From NCBI GenBank assembly GCA_963704885.1, contig CAVPIB010000001.1, positions 384,001-448,000 on the forward strand: DNA of 64,000 nt. Direction: 5' to 3'. The position numbers and the translations under genes are program-made. The notes under the pieces are model-generated. The model was not told where the DNA came from and made no database searches. It worked only from the letters and a program-made list of their open reading frames with translations. Shown one piece after another: positions 1 through 9,013 of the stretch. Every line of letters starts with the position of its first letter. Positions within the stretch are counted from its first letter, which is position 1. The DNA is from an uncultured Actinomycetes bacterium (GTDB lineage: Bacteria > Actinomycetota > UBA4738 > HRBIN12).

Positions 1-1830
1 GCGTTGGCGCGCGACGTTGTCCCCGATCGAGTACAGACGCCCACCGTTGACCATCTCCACGGTGAAGTAGCCGCGGGAGCCCATGAAGTCGTGGATCAGC
101 ATCCGCGAGCGCCGGTACTCCCCGCGCGGCGTGCTCGTCGAGAGCACGATCCAGCTGTCCTCCTCCTCGTTCGTCCAGTTCACCCGGTAGATGCAGGTCC
201 CACACGTGCCGACCCAGAACCCGATCGTGTAGGTCTGCGTGTCCCCGAGCACCCCCGTGTCGATCCAGGAGGAGCGGAGCACAGCGCCCTCGCCGTCGGA
301 GGCGTAGACGTAGGTCCCGTTGGCGTCTTCGCCAGCCGACAGGGCGTCGCCGCTTGAGTTCACCCACCCGGGCAAGACCTGCTCGAACGCCGAGACGTCG
401 TCCACGTCGGCGGTACCAGATCCGGTGACGATCTTGAGCTTCACGGTCTGGCCGGCGAAGGCCCCCACGCCGTAGCGGTAGGTCGCCCAGGAGGTGGTCG
501 TGGCGTTGGAGTCCGTGGAGGCGGACTGGGAGTAGCCCTCCCCGTAGAGGATCGTCACCGACACGGGGACGTTGGAGTACGCCGATCCAGGAGCCGTGCG
601 TGCGTCCAGCACCAGGTCATGCGCGCTCGCCGGGATCTCTAGCGGTGCGGTCGTGATGTCGCCATTCATGCGGGCGAAGTGGTTGCCCGCGTCGTCCACG
701 AGCGACACACCGGAGGAGATATCCCACCCGGGCACCTCGACGAGCTGGATCCCGACGTCGTCGGCGAGGATCGTCCCCGTCACCTTCTGCACGCGGACCT
801 TGATGTCGTCTCCCCGGTACGCCGTGAGGTCGAAGCGCACCTCCTGCCACGCGGACGTGGACGCGGTGCCGATCGCCACCTGGGTGTAGGTGGAATAGCT
901 CGGCCCCACGGCGACCTTGACGCTGTACTGGGGGCTCGATCCCACCCCCTTCACGAAGACGGACCCGCGCTGGGCCGACTCGTCGACCTCGGTGGCCTCG
1001 GTCGTGATCGAGGTCCCGAGCCGCACGTAGTCGTCGCCCGAGTCGGCCTCGCGGCGGAAGTTGCCAGCGAGCGTGTGACCGGGGAAGGTCTCCTCCACCA
1101 CGACGTCGTCGATCCCAACCTCGCCCACGTATCGGGAGAACTTGAGCTTGACGCTCTGCCCCACGTAGGCGCTGACGTCGGCCCAGGAGTGCGACCAGTA
1201 GCCGCACTCATCGCAATAGTCGCTGAGGAGGAGCGTTTGGGTGGAGTAGGTCTCGCCGGTCAGCACGTAGACCCTGACCCAACTGTAGTTGTTCGTGGTG
1301 ATGTAGTTGACGTCGTAGGAGATGGCCTGCGCGTCGGACGGGATCGTGATCGCCGAGCTCGTGATCGTGTCGCTGGAGCCGAGCTTGGCCCAGTCGTCTC
1401 CCGAGGTCGTCTGGATCGATGGATCGCTCGTCTCGGTCCAGCCGGTGAAATCACCGGTCTCGAAGTCGTTGTTGTCGGGCGTGACGAGGGTGGAAGCCGC
1501 GTCTTCGAGGTCGACGTTCTCCGGAGGAGTGCCGACCTCCTCGGAGGGGTCTTCGAAGTCGGGGTTCTCCGGCGGTGTTCCGACCTCCTCGACGTCGCCG
1601 TCGATCGTGTGATTCAAGGGATAAGCAGGCTCGGCAGCCGATAGGGTCGGCGGGTCCGCTTTGGCCTCCGGCGTAAGTCCGGGCAGGAAAGAGCCTCGTG
1701 GAACAGCCTGCAGCACAAGCGCAACCGCCGTGAGACATAGGATGATGGCGACGCGACGCTGTCTTGGGCTGTGGCTGTGTCGGTAGGCTCGTCTGTCCCG
1801 GTCGTGGCCGCCAGGACCGAGATCGGTCAT
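1..1830 (-). CDS. Large secreted multi-module beta-sandwich protein, 3'-partial (runs off window); possibly the N-terminus of an Rhs/adhesin
   Basis: Not in the ORF track because it has no stop in the window. Hand translation from ATG 1830 (GGAGG 9 nt upstream): MTDLGPGG...RRVAIILCLTAVALVLQAVP (signal-like), then NNDFETGDFTGW and three repeated modules ending VGQSVKLKF..GIDDV, YRGDDIKVRV..ILADDV and FAGQTVKLKI..DVDDV. Frame appears open to base 1. Confidence 0.8.
   Translation of the reverse strand, partial: MTDLGPGGHDRDRRAYRHSHSPRQRRVAIILCLTAVALVLQAVPRGSFLPGLTPEAKADPPTLSAAEPAYPLNHTIDGDVEEVGTPPENPDFEDPSEEVGTPPENVDLEDAASTLVTPDNNDFETGDFTGWTETSDPSIQTTSGDDWAKLGSSDTITSSAITIPSDAQAISYDVNYITTNNYSWVRVYVLTGETYSTQTLLLSDYCDECGYWSHSWADVSAYVGQSVKLKFSRYVGEVGIDDVVVEETFPGHTLAGNFRREADSGDDYVRLGTSITTEATEVDESAQRGSVFVKGVGSSPQYSVKVAVGPSYSTYTQVAIGTASTSAWQEVRFDLTAYRGDDIKVRVQKVTGTILADDVGIQLVEVPGWDISSGVSLVDDAGNHFARMNGDITTAPLEIPASAHDLVLDARTAPGSAYSNVPVSVTILYGEGYSQSASTDSNATTTSWATYRYGVGAFAGQTVKLKIVTGSGTADVDDVSAFEQVLPGWVNSSGDALSAGEDANGTYVYASDGEGAVLRSSWIDTGVLGDTQTYTIGFWVGTCGTCIYRVNWTNEEEDSWIVLSTSTPRGEYRRSRMLIHDFMGSRGYFTVEMVNGGRLYSIGDNVARQR
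1456..1590 (-). repeat. In-frame tandem repeat, 48-bp period (EEVGTPPENxDxED x2 plus one degenerate copy)
   Basis: GTCTTCGA...CTCCGG...CCGACCTCCTC at 1501-1542 and 1549-1590; a third degenerate copy encodes TPDNNDFET. Confidence 0.75.
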
Positions 1831-2086
1831 CGTTCGCATCCTCCAGCGGGGAAGCCCGACGATATGCAGTGAACCTAGTCGCAGTTACATGCGGAGGCAA
1901 ATCCACTTGCCACGCTGGGTTAGGATTCAATCGTTCGTACGCGCGAGCGAGCCGGCCGCACAGGCCGTATCCCGTCACCCTTCACGTCCGACGCTAGAGC
2001 ACTCGAGCCCAGAAATGCACTAGGCAGATGCCTAAGTCCTGCTCACCCCGAATGAGACGTGGCCTCGGCACGCCTAAACTGCGCCT

Positions 2087-2737
2087 GTGGATAACGAGGA
2101 TGGCGGGTGTTGCTTCGACGATTGGGTCGACGACTGGTCGAAGCGTGCCAAGAAGAAGCGCACGGTAGCCGGCGTCACCGCGCCGTTGCTGGCGGCGCTC
2201 GAGGAGGCCGGGATCCGCGATCGGAGCATCCTCGACATCGGTTGTGGGATCGGCGACCTGGCGACTGAGGCCGTTTCGCGCGGCGCCACCCTGGCCTTCG
2301 GCATCGAGCTATCTGCGAAGGCCGTCGAGGAGGCGCGGCGTCTCGCCGTGGATCGCGGTGTGGCTGATCGCATCTCGTTCCAGGTCGGTGACGGAGCCAA
2401 GGTCGCTCTGCCGGAAGCCGACATCGTCGTTCTGAACCGGGTGTTCTGCTGCTATCCGGACATCGACGCGCTGCTCACGAACTCACTCTCGGCGGCAGGC
2501 GTCGCCTACGCGTTCACGACGCCGCCGTCGACGGGGCTGGCGGGTTCGTTCGTCAAGGCGCAGATGCGGTTCGCAAACGCCTGGTACCGCCTTCGTGATA
2601 GCAAGTTCCAGGGGTTCCGAGTCTTCGTCCACGATGTGAAAGCGATCGATGCCCGTGTTCAGGAAGCGGGTTTCCGCCAGGTCCGCACCGGGTCACACCA
2701 CCTCGTTTGGCACATGGCGGTGTATGCCAGGCCGTAG
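2087..2737 (+). CDS. Class I SAM-dependent methyltransferase
   Basis: ILDIGCGIG motif I, GIELS, VGDG, DIVVLNRVFCCYPD; leaderless-type -10 TAAACT at 2075-2080. Confidence 0.85.
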   Translation: MDNEDGGCCFDDWVDDWSKRAKKKRTVAGVTAPLLAALEEAGIRDRSILDIGCGIGDLATEAVSRGATLAFGIELSAKAVEEARRLAVDRGVADRISFQVGDGAKVALPEADIVVLNRVFCCYPDIDALLTNSLSAAGVAYAFTTPPSTGLAGSFVKAQMRFANAWYRLRDSKFQGFRVFVHDVKAIDARVQEAGFRQVRTGSHHLVWHMAVYARP

Positions 2738-2760
2738 GCCTCGTCCGAGACCACGAGCCG

Positions 2761-3672
2761 TCACGGCAGGTCCAAGTCGAGCAGGGCCCCCAGCTCGCCA
2801 GCGTTCCTCACCGCGAAATCTCGGTAGCAGTTGTTCATGAGGACGTGGGTCTCGCGGGTCTGGGAGGCCAGCTGCTGCAACCGGGGGACCCACTCGGCGA
2901 GCTCCTGTTGTGAGTAGTCGTACTTGAAGCGATCCGCGGCGGTCTCGCTCTTGACGGTCCACGCCTCCACGTTGCGTCCGTGGAACCGCACCATGGACAG
3001 ATCGTCGGCTGTGGCCGCCGCGAACGGCGGCACACTGGAGTCGAACCCCTGCGGCATGTCCACACACACGAACGGCAACCGTCTTTCCTCCAGGAAAGAC
3101 AGGCTCTCCTCGCGATTGCGTTCGTTCATCCAGGACTCGTGGCGGAACTCGATCGCGATGCGGTAGTCGGGCAGCCGCGCCGCACACTCCTCTATGTACG
3201 CCTTGCTCTTGCGACCAATCACGAACCACTGCGGGAACTGGAACAGCACCGCGCCCAGCTTGCCCGCTGAGTGCAGCGGCATGAGCGCGTCGCGGAACCG
3301 CTGCCACACCTCGTCAACAGCCTCATCGGGCAGCTTGTCGCGGTAGACGTTCCGCTTCTCCAGCATGTCGGGTGACAGCGACTGTTTGATGTCGGCGTAG
3401 AGCGAGTCGGGTCGCGTGGGGTGGTTGGTCAAGAGCGAGTACGCCTTGATATTGAACGTGAAGTCTGCGGGCGTGCGCTCGATCCAGAGCACGGCGTTCT
3501 TCTCCGAGGGCGGGTAGTAGTAGGTGGAGTCCACCTCGACAAGTGGGAACCGCGACGCGTAGAACTTGAGCCGGGCCTCGGCGGAGCGAGCCTCGGGCGG
3601 ATAGAAGTTGCCGTCCTTCACGAGCGTCGGGTCGGTCCAGGACGAGGTCCCGATCAGTATCCGGCCGCTCAC
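2761..3672 (-). CDS. DUF72 (YecE-like) TIM-barrel protein
   Basis: IGTSSW, YASRFPLVEVDSTYY, LFQFP, IEFRHESW and VRFHGRN motifs; true start is the GTG at 3672 overlapping the upstream stop. Confidence 0.9.
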   Translation of the reverse strand: MSGRILIGTSSWTDPTLVKDGNFYPPEARSAEARLKFYASRFPLVEVDSTYYYPPSEKNAVLWIERTPADFTFNIKAYSLLTNHPTRPDSLYADIKQSLSPDMLEKRNVYRDKLPDEAVDEVWQRFRDALMPLHSAGKLGAVLFQFPQWFVIGRKSKAYIEECAARLPDYRIAIEFRHESWMNERNREESLSFLEERRLPFVCVDMPQGFDSSVPPFAAATADDLSMVRFHGRNVEAWTVKSETAADRFKYDYSQQELAEWVPRLQQLASQTRETHVLMNNCYRDFAVRNAGELGALLDLDLP

Positions 3673-4055
3673 TTCTTCTTGTTGTTCTTGCGCAGGACGA
3701 TGTCCTTGGCGTTGTTCGCCTTCTCCTTGGCGATCCTCAACAGGCGCTGGGCCCAGACGTACTCGGTCGCCAGGATCGACAACCCCACGATGATCACCAC
3801 GATGCCCGGACCGGGGAGCACCAGCATGGCGATGCCGGCCAGCAGCACCACCAAGCCTGCGATCGTCACGAGGATACGCTTGCCGTTGTGGAGGATGAAC
3901 AGCACGACCGCCTTGACCGGGACGACGGCCGGATGGTTGTGCCATCGGCGTGCCAGCTCGGGGTCGGTCGCCGAGATCTCGGCAACGGTCTCGCTGGCAT
4001 CGCGTTCCTCGGGGTCATCACCCCAGATGTCGTGACGGTGAGGGTTCTCGCTCAT
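3669..4055 (-). CDS. PGPGW-domain small membrane protein
   Basis: GIAMLVLPGPGIVVIIVGLSILATEYVWAQRLL signature. Confidence 0.85.
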   Translation of the reverse strand: MSENPHRHDIWGDDPEERDASETVAEISATDPELARRWHNHPAVVPVKAVVLFILHNGKRILVTIAGLVVLLAGIAMLVLPGPGIVVIIVGLSILATEYVWAQRLLRIAKEKANNAKDIVLRKNNKKK

Positions 4056-4100
4056 AGAGGCCCCTACTTTGACACGTCAGGGCGAGAACGTCGTCCTCGG

Positions 4101-4487
4101 TCAGTCGTCCTCGTGGCCGTCCCCGTCGTCGCCGGGCTCGCTCTCCTGGGCGCCGCCATGATCGTCGGGGCTGGACGATGACGAAGGGTCGGGCGACTCA
4201 CTCTCAGTCTCCGTTTCGCCCCCAGTTCCGTTCCCGGTCGGCGTCTCCGCTCCGGTCCCTCTGGAGGCGGAGGAGGTCTCAGGCGCAGGGGTCAGTCCCG
4301 GCGTATGTCCCGAGGAGGGTGACCTCTCAGACTTGGGTGATTCGGAAACCCCCGGACCCGGGATCTGTACCGCGGTGCCTGGCTCGCTGAGCGAACGGCC
4401 AGCCAGCGCGAACGCTCCCAGCGAAAGGGTCACGGCGAGCACCAGCCCACCAACGCCGAGCGCGACCACCTTCATCGCATCCTTCAT
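4101..4487 (-). CDS. Small membrane-anchored/secreted protein with low-complexity S/T/E/D/G tail
   Basis: N-terminal hydrophobic helix, acidic disordered tail; TACGCT -10 element 6 nt before ATG. Confidence 0.7.
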   Translation of the reverse strand: MKDAMKVVALGVGGLVLAVTLSLGAFALAGRSLSEPGTAVQIPGPGVSESPKSERSPSSGHTPGLTPAPETSSASRGTGAETPTGNGTGGETETESESPDPSSSSSPDDHGGAQESEPGDDGDGHEDD

Positions 4488-4493
4488 GCCTCG

Positions 4494-4527
4494 AGCGTAC
4501 GCACCGGTGTGCTAAGAGCGGGCAAAG
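4494..4527 (-). promoter_or_regulatory. Putative leaderless promoter with OmpR-type direct repeat
   Basis: Minus strand CTTTGC-N5-CTTAGC (11-bp period, 4527-4511) upstream of TACGCT (4499-4494). Confidence 0.35.
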
Positions 4528-4545
4528 CCGAGGCTTGCCATTGCT

Positions 4546-5163
4546 TCAGTCTGGCCTGTCGGGCGCTTCCTGTCCCGGCCTCATGCCGCGCGGCCATCGC
4601 TTCAGCTCGAAGAAGTCATCCCTGCCGGCCAGCCAGCGCGTGTGCTCCCACATGTGATCGGCGTCCTCGCCCTGTGGCGCCAACGCCATGATGGGTCCGT
4701 ACAGGACCTTCGCGTCCACGATCTGAAGGGTGGGGACGCCGAAGACGCTCCGGCCGCGCGCGTCCAGGAACTCCCGGGTCACCTCGTCGGTCAGCTCGGA
4801 CGTAGCGACGGCGCGTTCCACGATGCCGGGCATATCCGCGTCGAGCGCCGCCGCGCGCACGACCTCGGCCGACGGCTCATCGTTGTCCACGTGGAGGCGA
4901 CGGCCGATCGCGTCGTATAGCCGCTCGAACGCCGGGTTGCCTCCTTCGCGGCGGGCGAGCGCCAGGGCCACCAGCGCCTCGCCGTCTCGCTCACACGCCT
5001 CCCAGAACGGGGTCCCCTCAGGCTGCGCGTTCAGCTCCAGGCTGAAGAGCCTCCAGTCCAGCTCCACGCGGCCGGCCCTGGCCAGCCCTCGAAGCCATCC
5101 CGCGGTCTGCCATGCCCACGGACACCCTGGGTCGACCCAAAGCCCGACCGGCGTCGGCGTCAC
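4546..5163 (-). CDS. DsbA-like thioredoxin-fold protein (Rv2466c-like)
   Basis: VDPGCPWAW active site, FGVPTL cis-Pro loop, FFELKR C-terminus. Confidence 0.8.
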   Translation of the reverse strand: MTPTPVGLWVDPGCPWAWQTAGWLRGLARAGRVELDWRLFSLELNAQPEGTPFWEACERDGEALVALALARREGGNPAFERLYDAIGRRLHVDNDEPSAEVVRAAALDADMPGIVERAVATSELTDEVTREFLDARGRSVFGVPTLQIVDAKVLYGPIMALAPQGEDADHMWEHTRWLAGRDDFFELKRWPRGMRPGQEAPDRPD

Positions 5164-6587
5164 GAGCCGACTTCGCTAGGGGCTTCGGATGACGGGTCGC
5201 CAGCGGTCGCCGCCGAGGCCGACCTGAACCTGATCTCGACCCGCGTGCCACCGCCCTGGGCGTCCTGAAGCGAGAGCGCGCCACCCCAGCGCTCGGCCAG
5301 GTCGCGCGCGATAGCCAGGCCCAACCCCGACCCGCCGGGGGGGGCAGTCGAACCCCGGTAGAACCGCTCCGTCACCTTGGACCGTTCCCCCGGGGCGATG
5401 CCGGCTCCGTGGTCTCGCACGGCTAGGAACGCTCGTCTCTCGGCGATCCCGGTATCCAGCTCGATGGCGCCCGGTGCATAGGTCGCCGCATTCTCGAGAA
5501 GGATGTCCAGGATCTGGTCCACATCCGTCGGGTTGGCCTGCGCGACGCAATCCGTCCCAAGCAGCGAGAGCGATGAGCCGCGCGACGTCATGCGGTCGCT
5601 CCACCGCTCATCGGCCCGCTCGGCCGCGGCCCGCAACTCCACCTCGGTGGGTTCACCCTCTTCCAGTCGGCGGGCCATAACCAACAGCCGGTCCACTGTG
5701 GAGGCCAGCCGATCCACCTCCTGATCCGCGGCCCGCAGCTGCTCTTTCAGCTCCTCGGTCGGCGCCTGCTCCAACGCCGACTCCAGTCGCAGCTTCATGC
5801 CGGTCAGCGGAGTACGAAGCTGATGAGAGGCGTTAGCCACGAACTCCCGCTGGGCCTGCACGGTTCGCTCCAGCCGATCGGCCATCTCATCGAACGAACC
5901 GGCCAAGTCCTGGATCTCGTCGGCACCCTGCACGTCGCCGGCGCGCGCTCGCAGGTCGCCGGAGCCCAATCTGCGCGCCGCACCCGCCAACCGAGTGAGC
6001 GGGCGCGCGATCGCGCCGGACATGGCCAGGGCGATCACCATGCCGATCAGCAGGCCGACCCCGCCGATCACGGTGATCAATCCGATGGTGGTGCGACGGA
6101 CCGCGTCGTTCACGTCTTGGATGTTCTTCGTGATCCGCACCGCGCCTATGAGGCCCTCATCGATCACGGGAGCGGCGGCGACCATGATCTCCGAGTTCTC
6201 GGTGTCGCTGAACCGTCGCAGGACCTCAGCTCGAGGGCCGTCGGGCTCGAGGGCCGACTGGATCTCGGGCCGCTGGGCGGTGTTGTAGTTCTTGCCAACG
6301 CCGCGCCCATCCGAGTCCGCCAGCACCTTGCCCTTCCGGTTCATCACTATGACTCGGCCGTTCACTTCGATGGCGTAACGGCTGATCAGCTGGTCCAGAC
6401 CGGGGCCGGGAGCCATGCTCTCACCGTCCAGGCCGGCGGCGATCGTCTGGACGTTGGTCAAGACCTCACGCTCGATCTCCGCTCGGGCGCGGTCCCTGAG
6501 GCTGAAGAGCAGAGGGATGGTCAGGGCCACGAGCACCGCGACCACCAGGTAGCTGAAGGCCAGGACGAGTCGGCTGCGAACCTTCAC
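5160..6587 (-). CDS. HAMP-domain sensor histidine kinase (HisKA/HATPase_c)
   Basis: Two TM segments, HAMP, FVANASHQLRTPLT H-box, LLENA N-box, DHGAGI, GSGLGLAI. Confidence 0.95.
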   Translation of the reverse strand: MKVRSRLVLAFSYLVVAVLVALTIPLLFSLRDRARAEIEREVLTNVQTIAAGLDGESMAPGPGLDQLISRYAIEVNGRVIVMNRKGKVLADSDGRGVGKNYNTAQRPEIQSALEPDGPRAEVLRRFSDTENSEIMVAAAPVIDEGLIGAVRITKNIQDVNDAVRRTTIGLITVIGGVGLLIGMVIALAMSGAIARPLTRLAGAARRLGSGDLRARAGDVQGADEIQDLAGSFDEMADRLERTVQAQREFVANASHQLRTPLTGMKLRLESALEQAPTEELKEQLRAADQEVDRLASTVDRLLVMARRLEEGEPTEVELRAAAERADERWSDRMTSRGSSLSLLGTDCVAQANPTDVDQILDILLENAATYAPGAIELDTGIAERRAFLAVRDHGAGIAPGERSKVTERFYRGSTAPPGGSGLGLAIARDLAERWGGALSLQDAQGGGTRVEIRFRSASAATAGDPSSEAPSEVGS

Positions 6588-7267
6588 GAGGGCGCCGCGA
6601 ACCGGAAGCCCACGCCTCGCACCGTGGTGATCAGCTCCGGTTCCGAAGGCCGAGCCTCCAGCTTCTTGCGGAGCCAGGAGATGTGGACGTCAAGGGTCTT
6701 GGTGGGTCCGAACCAGTGCGGGTCCCAGACCTCGTCCATGATCTCCTCGCGGCGCACCACCTGACCGGCGTTGGCCATCAGCACATGGAGCAGGTCGAAC
6801 TCCTTGGCGGCCAGCTCGACGGGTTCGCCGGCCTTGGTGACGGTGCGCGAGGCGGGGTCCAGGTGGATCGGGCCGATGTCGATCGGGCCCTTGCGCGCGG
6901 TGGCCCGTCCGCGCCGCATGATCGCGCGCATGCGTGCGACCAGCTCGCCGGCGGAGAAGGGCTTGACCACGTAGTCATCGGCTCCGAGCTCGAGGCCTAC
7001 GATGCGGTCGATCTCCTCGCCGCGCGCGGTGAGCATGATGATCGGGACGTCGGAACCGACCCGGATCTTGCGGCAGAGGTCTCGCCCGTCGCCGTCGGGA
7101 AGCATGACGTCCAGCAGGATCAGGTCTGGCGGGGCGGCCTCGAACGCCGTGGTTGCGTCCTGGATGGTCGCTGCTATCTGGGCATCGAAGCCCTCTCTCG
7201 CTAGGTGTTCCGCGAGCGGTGCTGAGATGGCGGGTTCGTCTTCCACGACCAGCACCTTGGGCTTCAC
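6584..7267 (-). CDS. OmpR/PhoB-family response regulator
   Basis: VLVVEDE, LLDVMLP, GADDYVVKPF, TLDVHISWLRKKLE, TVRGVGFRF; start GTG 7267 preceded by TACCAT -10. Confidence 0.95.
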   Translation of the reverse strand: MKPKVLVVEDEPAISAPLAEHLAREGFDAQIAATIQDATTAFEAAPPDLILLDVMLPDGDGRDLCRKIRVGSDVPIIMLTARGEEIDRIVGLELGADDYVVKPFSAGELVARMRAIMRRGRATARKGPIDIGPIHLDPASRTVTKAGEPVELAAKEFDLLHVLMANAGQVVRREEIMDEVWDPHWFGPTKTLDVHISWLRKKLEARPSEPELITTVRGVGFRFAAPS

Positions 7268-7354
7268 CCAGGCATGGTATCGCCGCTGCTCAGCGAGCGA
7301 ACTTGGCACTCTTGTGATTTGTCGTACCCCTCGTGTAGAACTAGCCAGGCTTCG

Positions 7355-7394
7355 GGCGGCGTCCCTCCCCGCGTCGCCAGAAAAGGGGGAGGGA
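7355..7394 (+). promoter_or_regulatory. Putative H-type pseudoknot/anti-SD structure in the leader of sensor kinase 1
   Basis: Stem GGCGGCG (7355-7361)/CGTCGCC (7372-7378); loop TCCCTCCCC (7362-7370) is the exact reverse complement of the SD region GGGGAGGGA (7386-7394); A-rich linker AGAAAAG. Confidence 0.4.
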
Positions 7395-7397
7395 ACC

Positions 7398-8822
7398 ATG
7401 TCCGCTGCTGCCACCACTCAACAGGCTCTCAACGAAGGGCAGGCCAACGGCGAGACCCTGACCGTGAGGGTGTTGTTCTACGTTGTGACCGCGATCGTCG
7501 TGTCGACGCTCGGGATTGGGATTGCTCGGAGCCCGGGAGTGAGCACAGGCATCTTAGGGGCTCTTGTTCTGTGGGTCATCGTGGCGGCCACAGCCGACCT
7601 GCTCCCCGTCCAGCTCTGGGGAGATGTGTCCCTGAGCATGTCACTACCCGTGACACTAGCCGCGGGGATGGTCATGATGCCGTGGCAAGCGGGCCTCGTG
7701 GCATTCATAGCAGCCTTAGACCCACGTGAGTTTCGACGTGAGGTCAGTCTTGCCCGGGGCTTGTACAACCGAAGCCAAGTGGCCGCGTGCGTGATGGTTG
7801 CCTCCCTGGCTTTTCATGCACTCGGAGGTAGCGCTGAGGAGTGGCCCGCGGTGATAGGGCTCGGGCTCGTGGCACTCACAGTTGATTGGGCCGCGAACTC
7901 CCTGCTGGTGATGGTGCCGGTAGCCATGATGACGCGACTGCCCGCTGCTGAGGTGCTTCGGCGCGTTCACGGAAGTTCGCCTCTGGAGCACACCCTCGGA
8001 TACGTTTGCCTTGGACTGCTGGCGGTCCTCCTGGCCGCGATCTACGGAGTCGCTCAAGGGTGGGGGCTCGTGGCGTTCCTGATTCCACTCGTGCTGGCGC
8101 GTCAGGTCTTCATGCGTGGCCGTCGTCTCGAGGAGGCAGCTCTCAAGTTGGACGCCAAGGACAGGGCCTTGCTCTCAACATCTGAGCAGACTCTTGCTGA
8201 ACGTCGCGACGAGCGGATGGCCGTCGCCGGGGAACTCCACGATGAAGTGCTCCCCCCCCTCTTCAAGGTCCACCTGATGGGTCAGGTGCTTCGACAAGAC
8301 CTCAACTCCGGGCGACTGCTCGACCTCGATGAGGATCTCCCGGAGCTGCTCATAGCGACTGAAGCCGCACAATCGGCCATCAGGGACCTCGTCCGCGACT
8401 TAAGACGCTCGTCGCTGGGACCGGGAGGACTAAACACCACTCTGGAGCTGCTTGCCAACCAGCTGGAGGCGGCGGGTTCACCATCGATTGATCTATCACT
8501 CGACGATGTCGGTGGATCGAGCCTTGCTCAGCTGCTCATCTACCAAGTGGCCCGGGAAGCGCTAAACAACGCAGCGCGCCACTCTCGGGCTTCCAAGGTT
8601 TCCGTTCGTCTGTTCCGAAGCGAGGGACTGATCAGGCTTGTTGTCGAAGATAATGGAGTTGGTTTCGACGCCTCTCAAGTGGACCGGGACGCGCACTTCG
8701 GCCTGCAACTCATCGCGGAACGCGTCGAGGCGGGGCGTGGACGAGTCGTCATCGACAGTCAGCTGGGGGCTGGCACGCGGGTCATGGCTACCCTCCCACC
8801 AGAGCTGGACCAGTCGACCTAA
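7398..8822 (+). CDS. Multi-TM sensor histidine kinase, NarL/HisKA_3 type (kinase 1)
   Basis: ATG 7398 after GGGGAGGGA; several hydrophobic helices with DPREFRREVS..LYNRSQVA; H-box ERMAVAGELHDEV; QVAREALNNAARHS, EDNGVGFD, HFGLQLIAERVE. Confidence 0.92.
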   Translation: MSAAATTQQALNEGQANGETLTVRVLFYVVTAIVVSTLGIGIARSPGVSTGILGALVLWVIVAATADLLPVQLWGDVSLSMSLPVTLAAGMVMMPWQAGLVAFIAALDPREFRREVSLARGLYNRSQVAACVMVASLAFHALGGSAEEWPAVIGLGLVALTVDWAANSLLVMVPVAMMTRLPAAEVLRRVHGSSPLEHTLGYVCLGLLAVLLAAIYGVAQGWGLVAFLIPLVLARQVFMRGRRLEEAALKLDAKDRALLSTSEQTLAERRDERMAVAGELHDEVLPPLFKVHLMGQVLRQDLNSGRLLDLDEDLPELLIATEAAQSAIRDLVRDLRRSSLGPGGLNTTLELLANQLEAAGSPSIDLSLDDVGGSSLAQLLIYQVAREALNNAARHSRASKVSVRLFRSEGLIRLVVEDNGVGFDASQVDRDAHFGLQLIAERVEAGRGRVVIDSQLGAGTRVMATLPPELDQST

Positions 8823-8833
8823 GGAACGCCAAA

Positions 8834-8873
8834 GGGCCCCGGCCGGGGCCCCTAGGCAATCGCGCGATTGCTT
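8834..8873 (-). terminator. Tandem hairpins between convergent kinase 1 and peptide gene
   Basis: Perfect palindromes GGGCCCCGGCCGGGGCCC (8834-8851, followed by TTT on the minus strand) and GCAATCGCGCGATTGC (8856-8871). Confidence 0.7.
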
Positions 8874-8887
8874 GTGCGGGTAGCTGC

Positions 8888-8971
8888 TCAGACCTTCCAG
8901 TGGGCGCCACCCGCGAGAGCGACGGCGAGAAGAGCGCCGAGCGCGATGGCGATGCGCTTCAGGGTCTTCAT
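8888..8971 (-). CDS. 27-aa putative signalling-peptide (pheromone) precursor MKTLKRIAIALGALLAVALAGGAHWKV
   Basis: Below the ORF-track cutoff. AGGAGGT SD 6 nt upstream of ATG 8971; GC3-rich codons; basic N-terminus, hydrophobic core and short polar C-terminal tail; terminator immediately downstream. Confidence 0.8.
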   Translation of the reverse strand: MKTLKRIAIALGALLAVALAGGAHWKV

Positions 8972-9013
8972 TCGTCCACCTCCTCTCGATAGCACTTACA
9001 CGCCCCCCACGAA

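Noticed and set aside
679-1644. 321-aa plus-strand ORF and similar long antisense ORFs (22884-25265, 49239-50774, 16128-17492)
   Set aside because: Shadow frames of real genes on the opposite strand, expected at high GC; no motifs.
7355-7394. Known SAM-II/SAM-V or preQ1 riboswitch
   Set aside because: Topology is similar but the conserved ligand-binding nucleotides are not evident; kept only as an unnamed candidate structure.
7330-9002. Shared CGTGTA motif upstream of kinase 1 and the peptide gene as an alternative-sigma -10
   Set aside because: A 6-bp match with no matching -35 element; could be chance.
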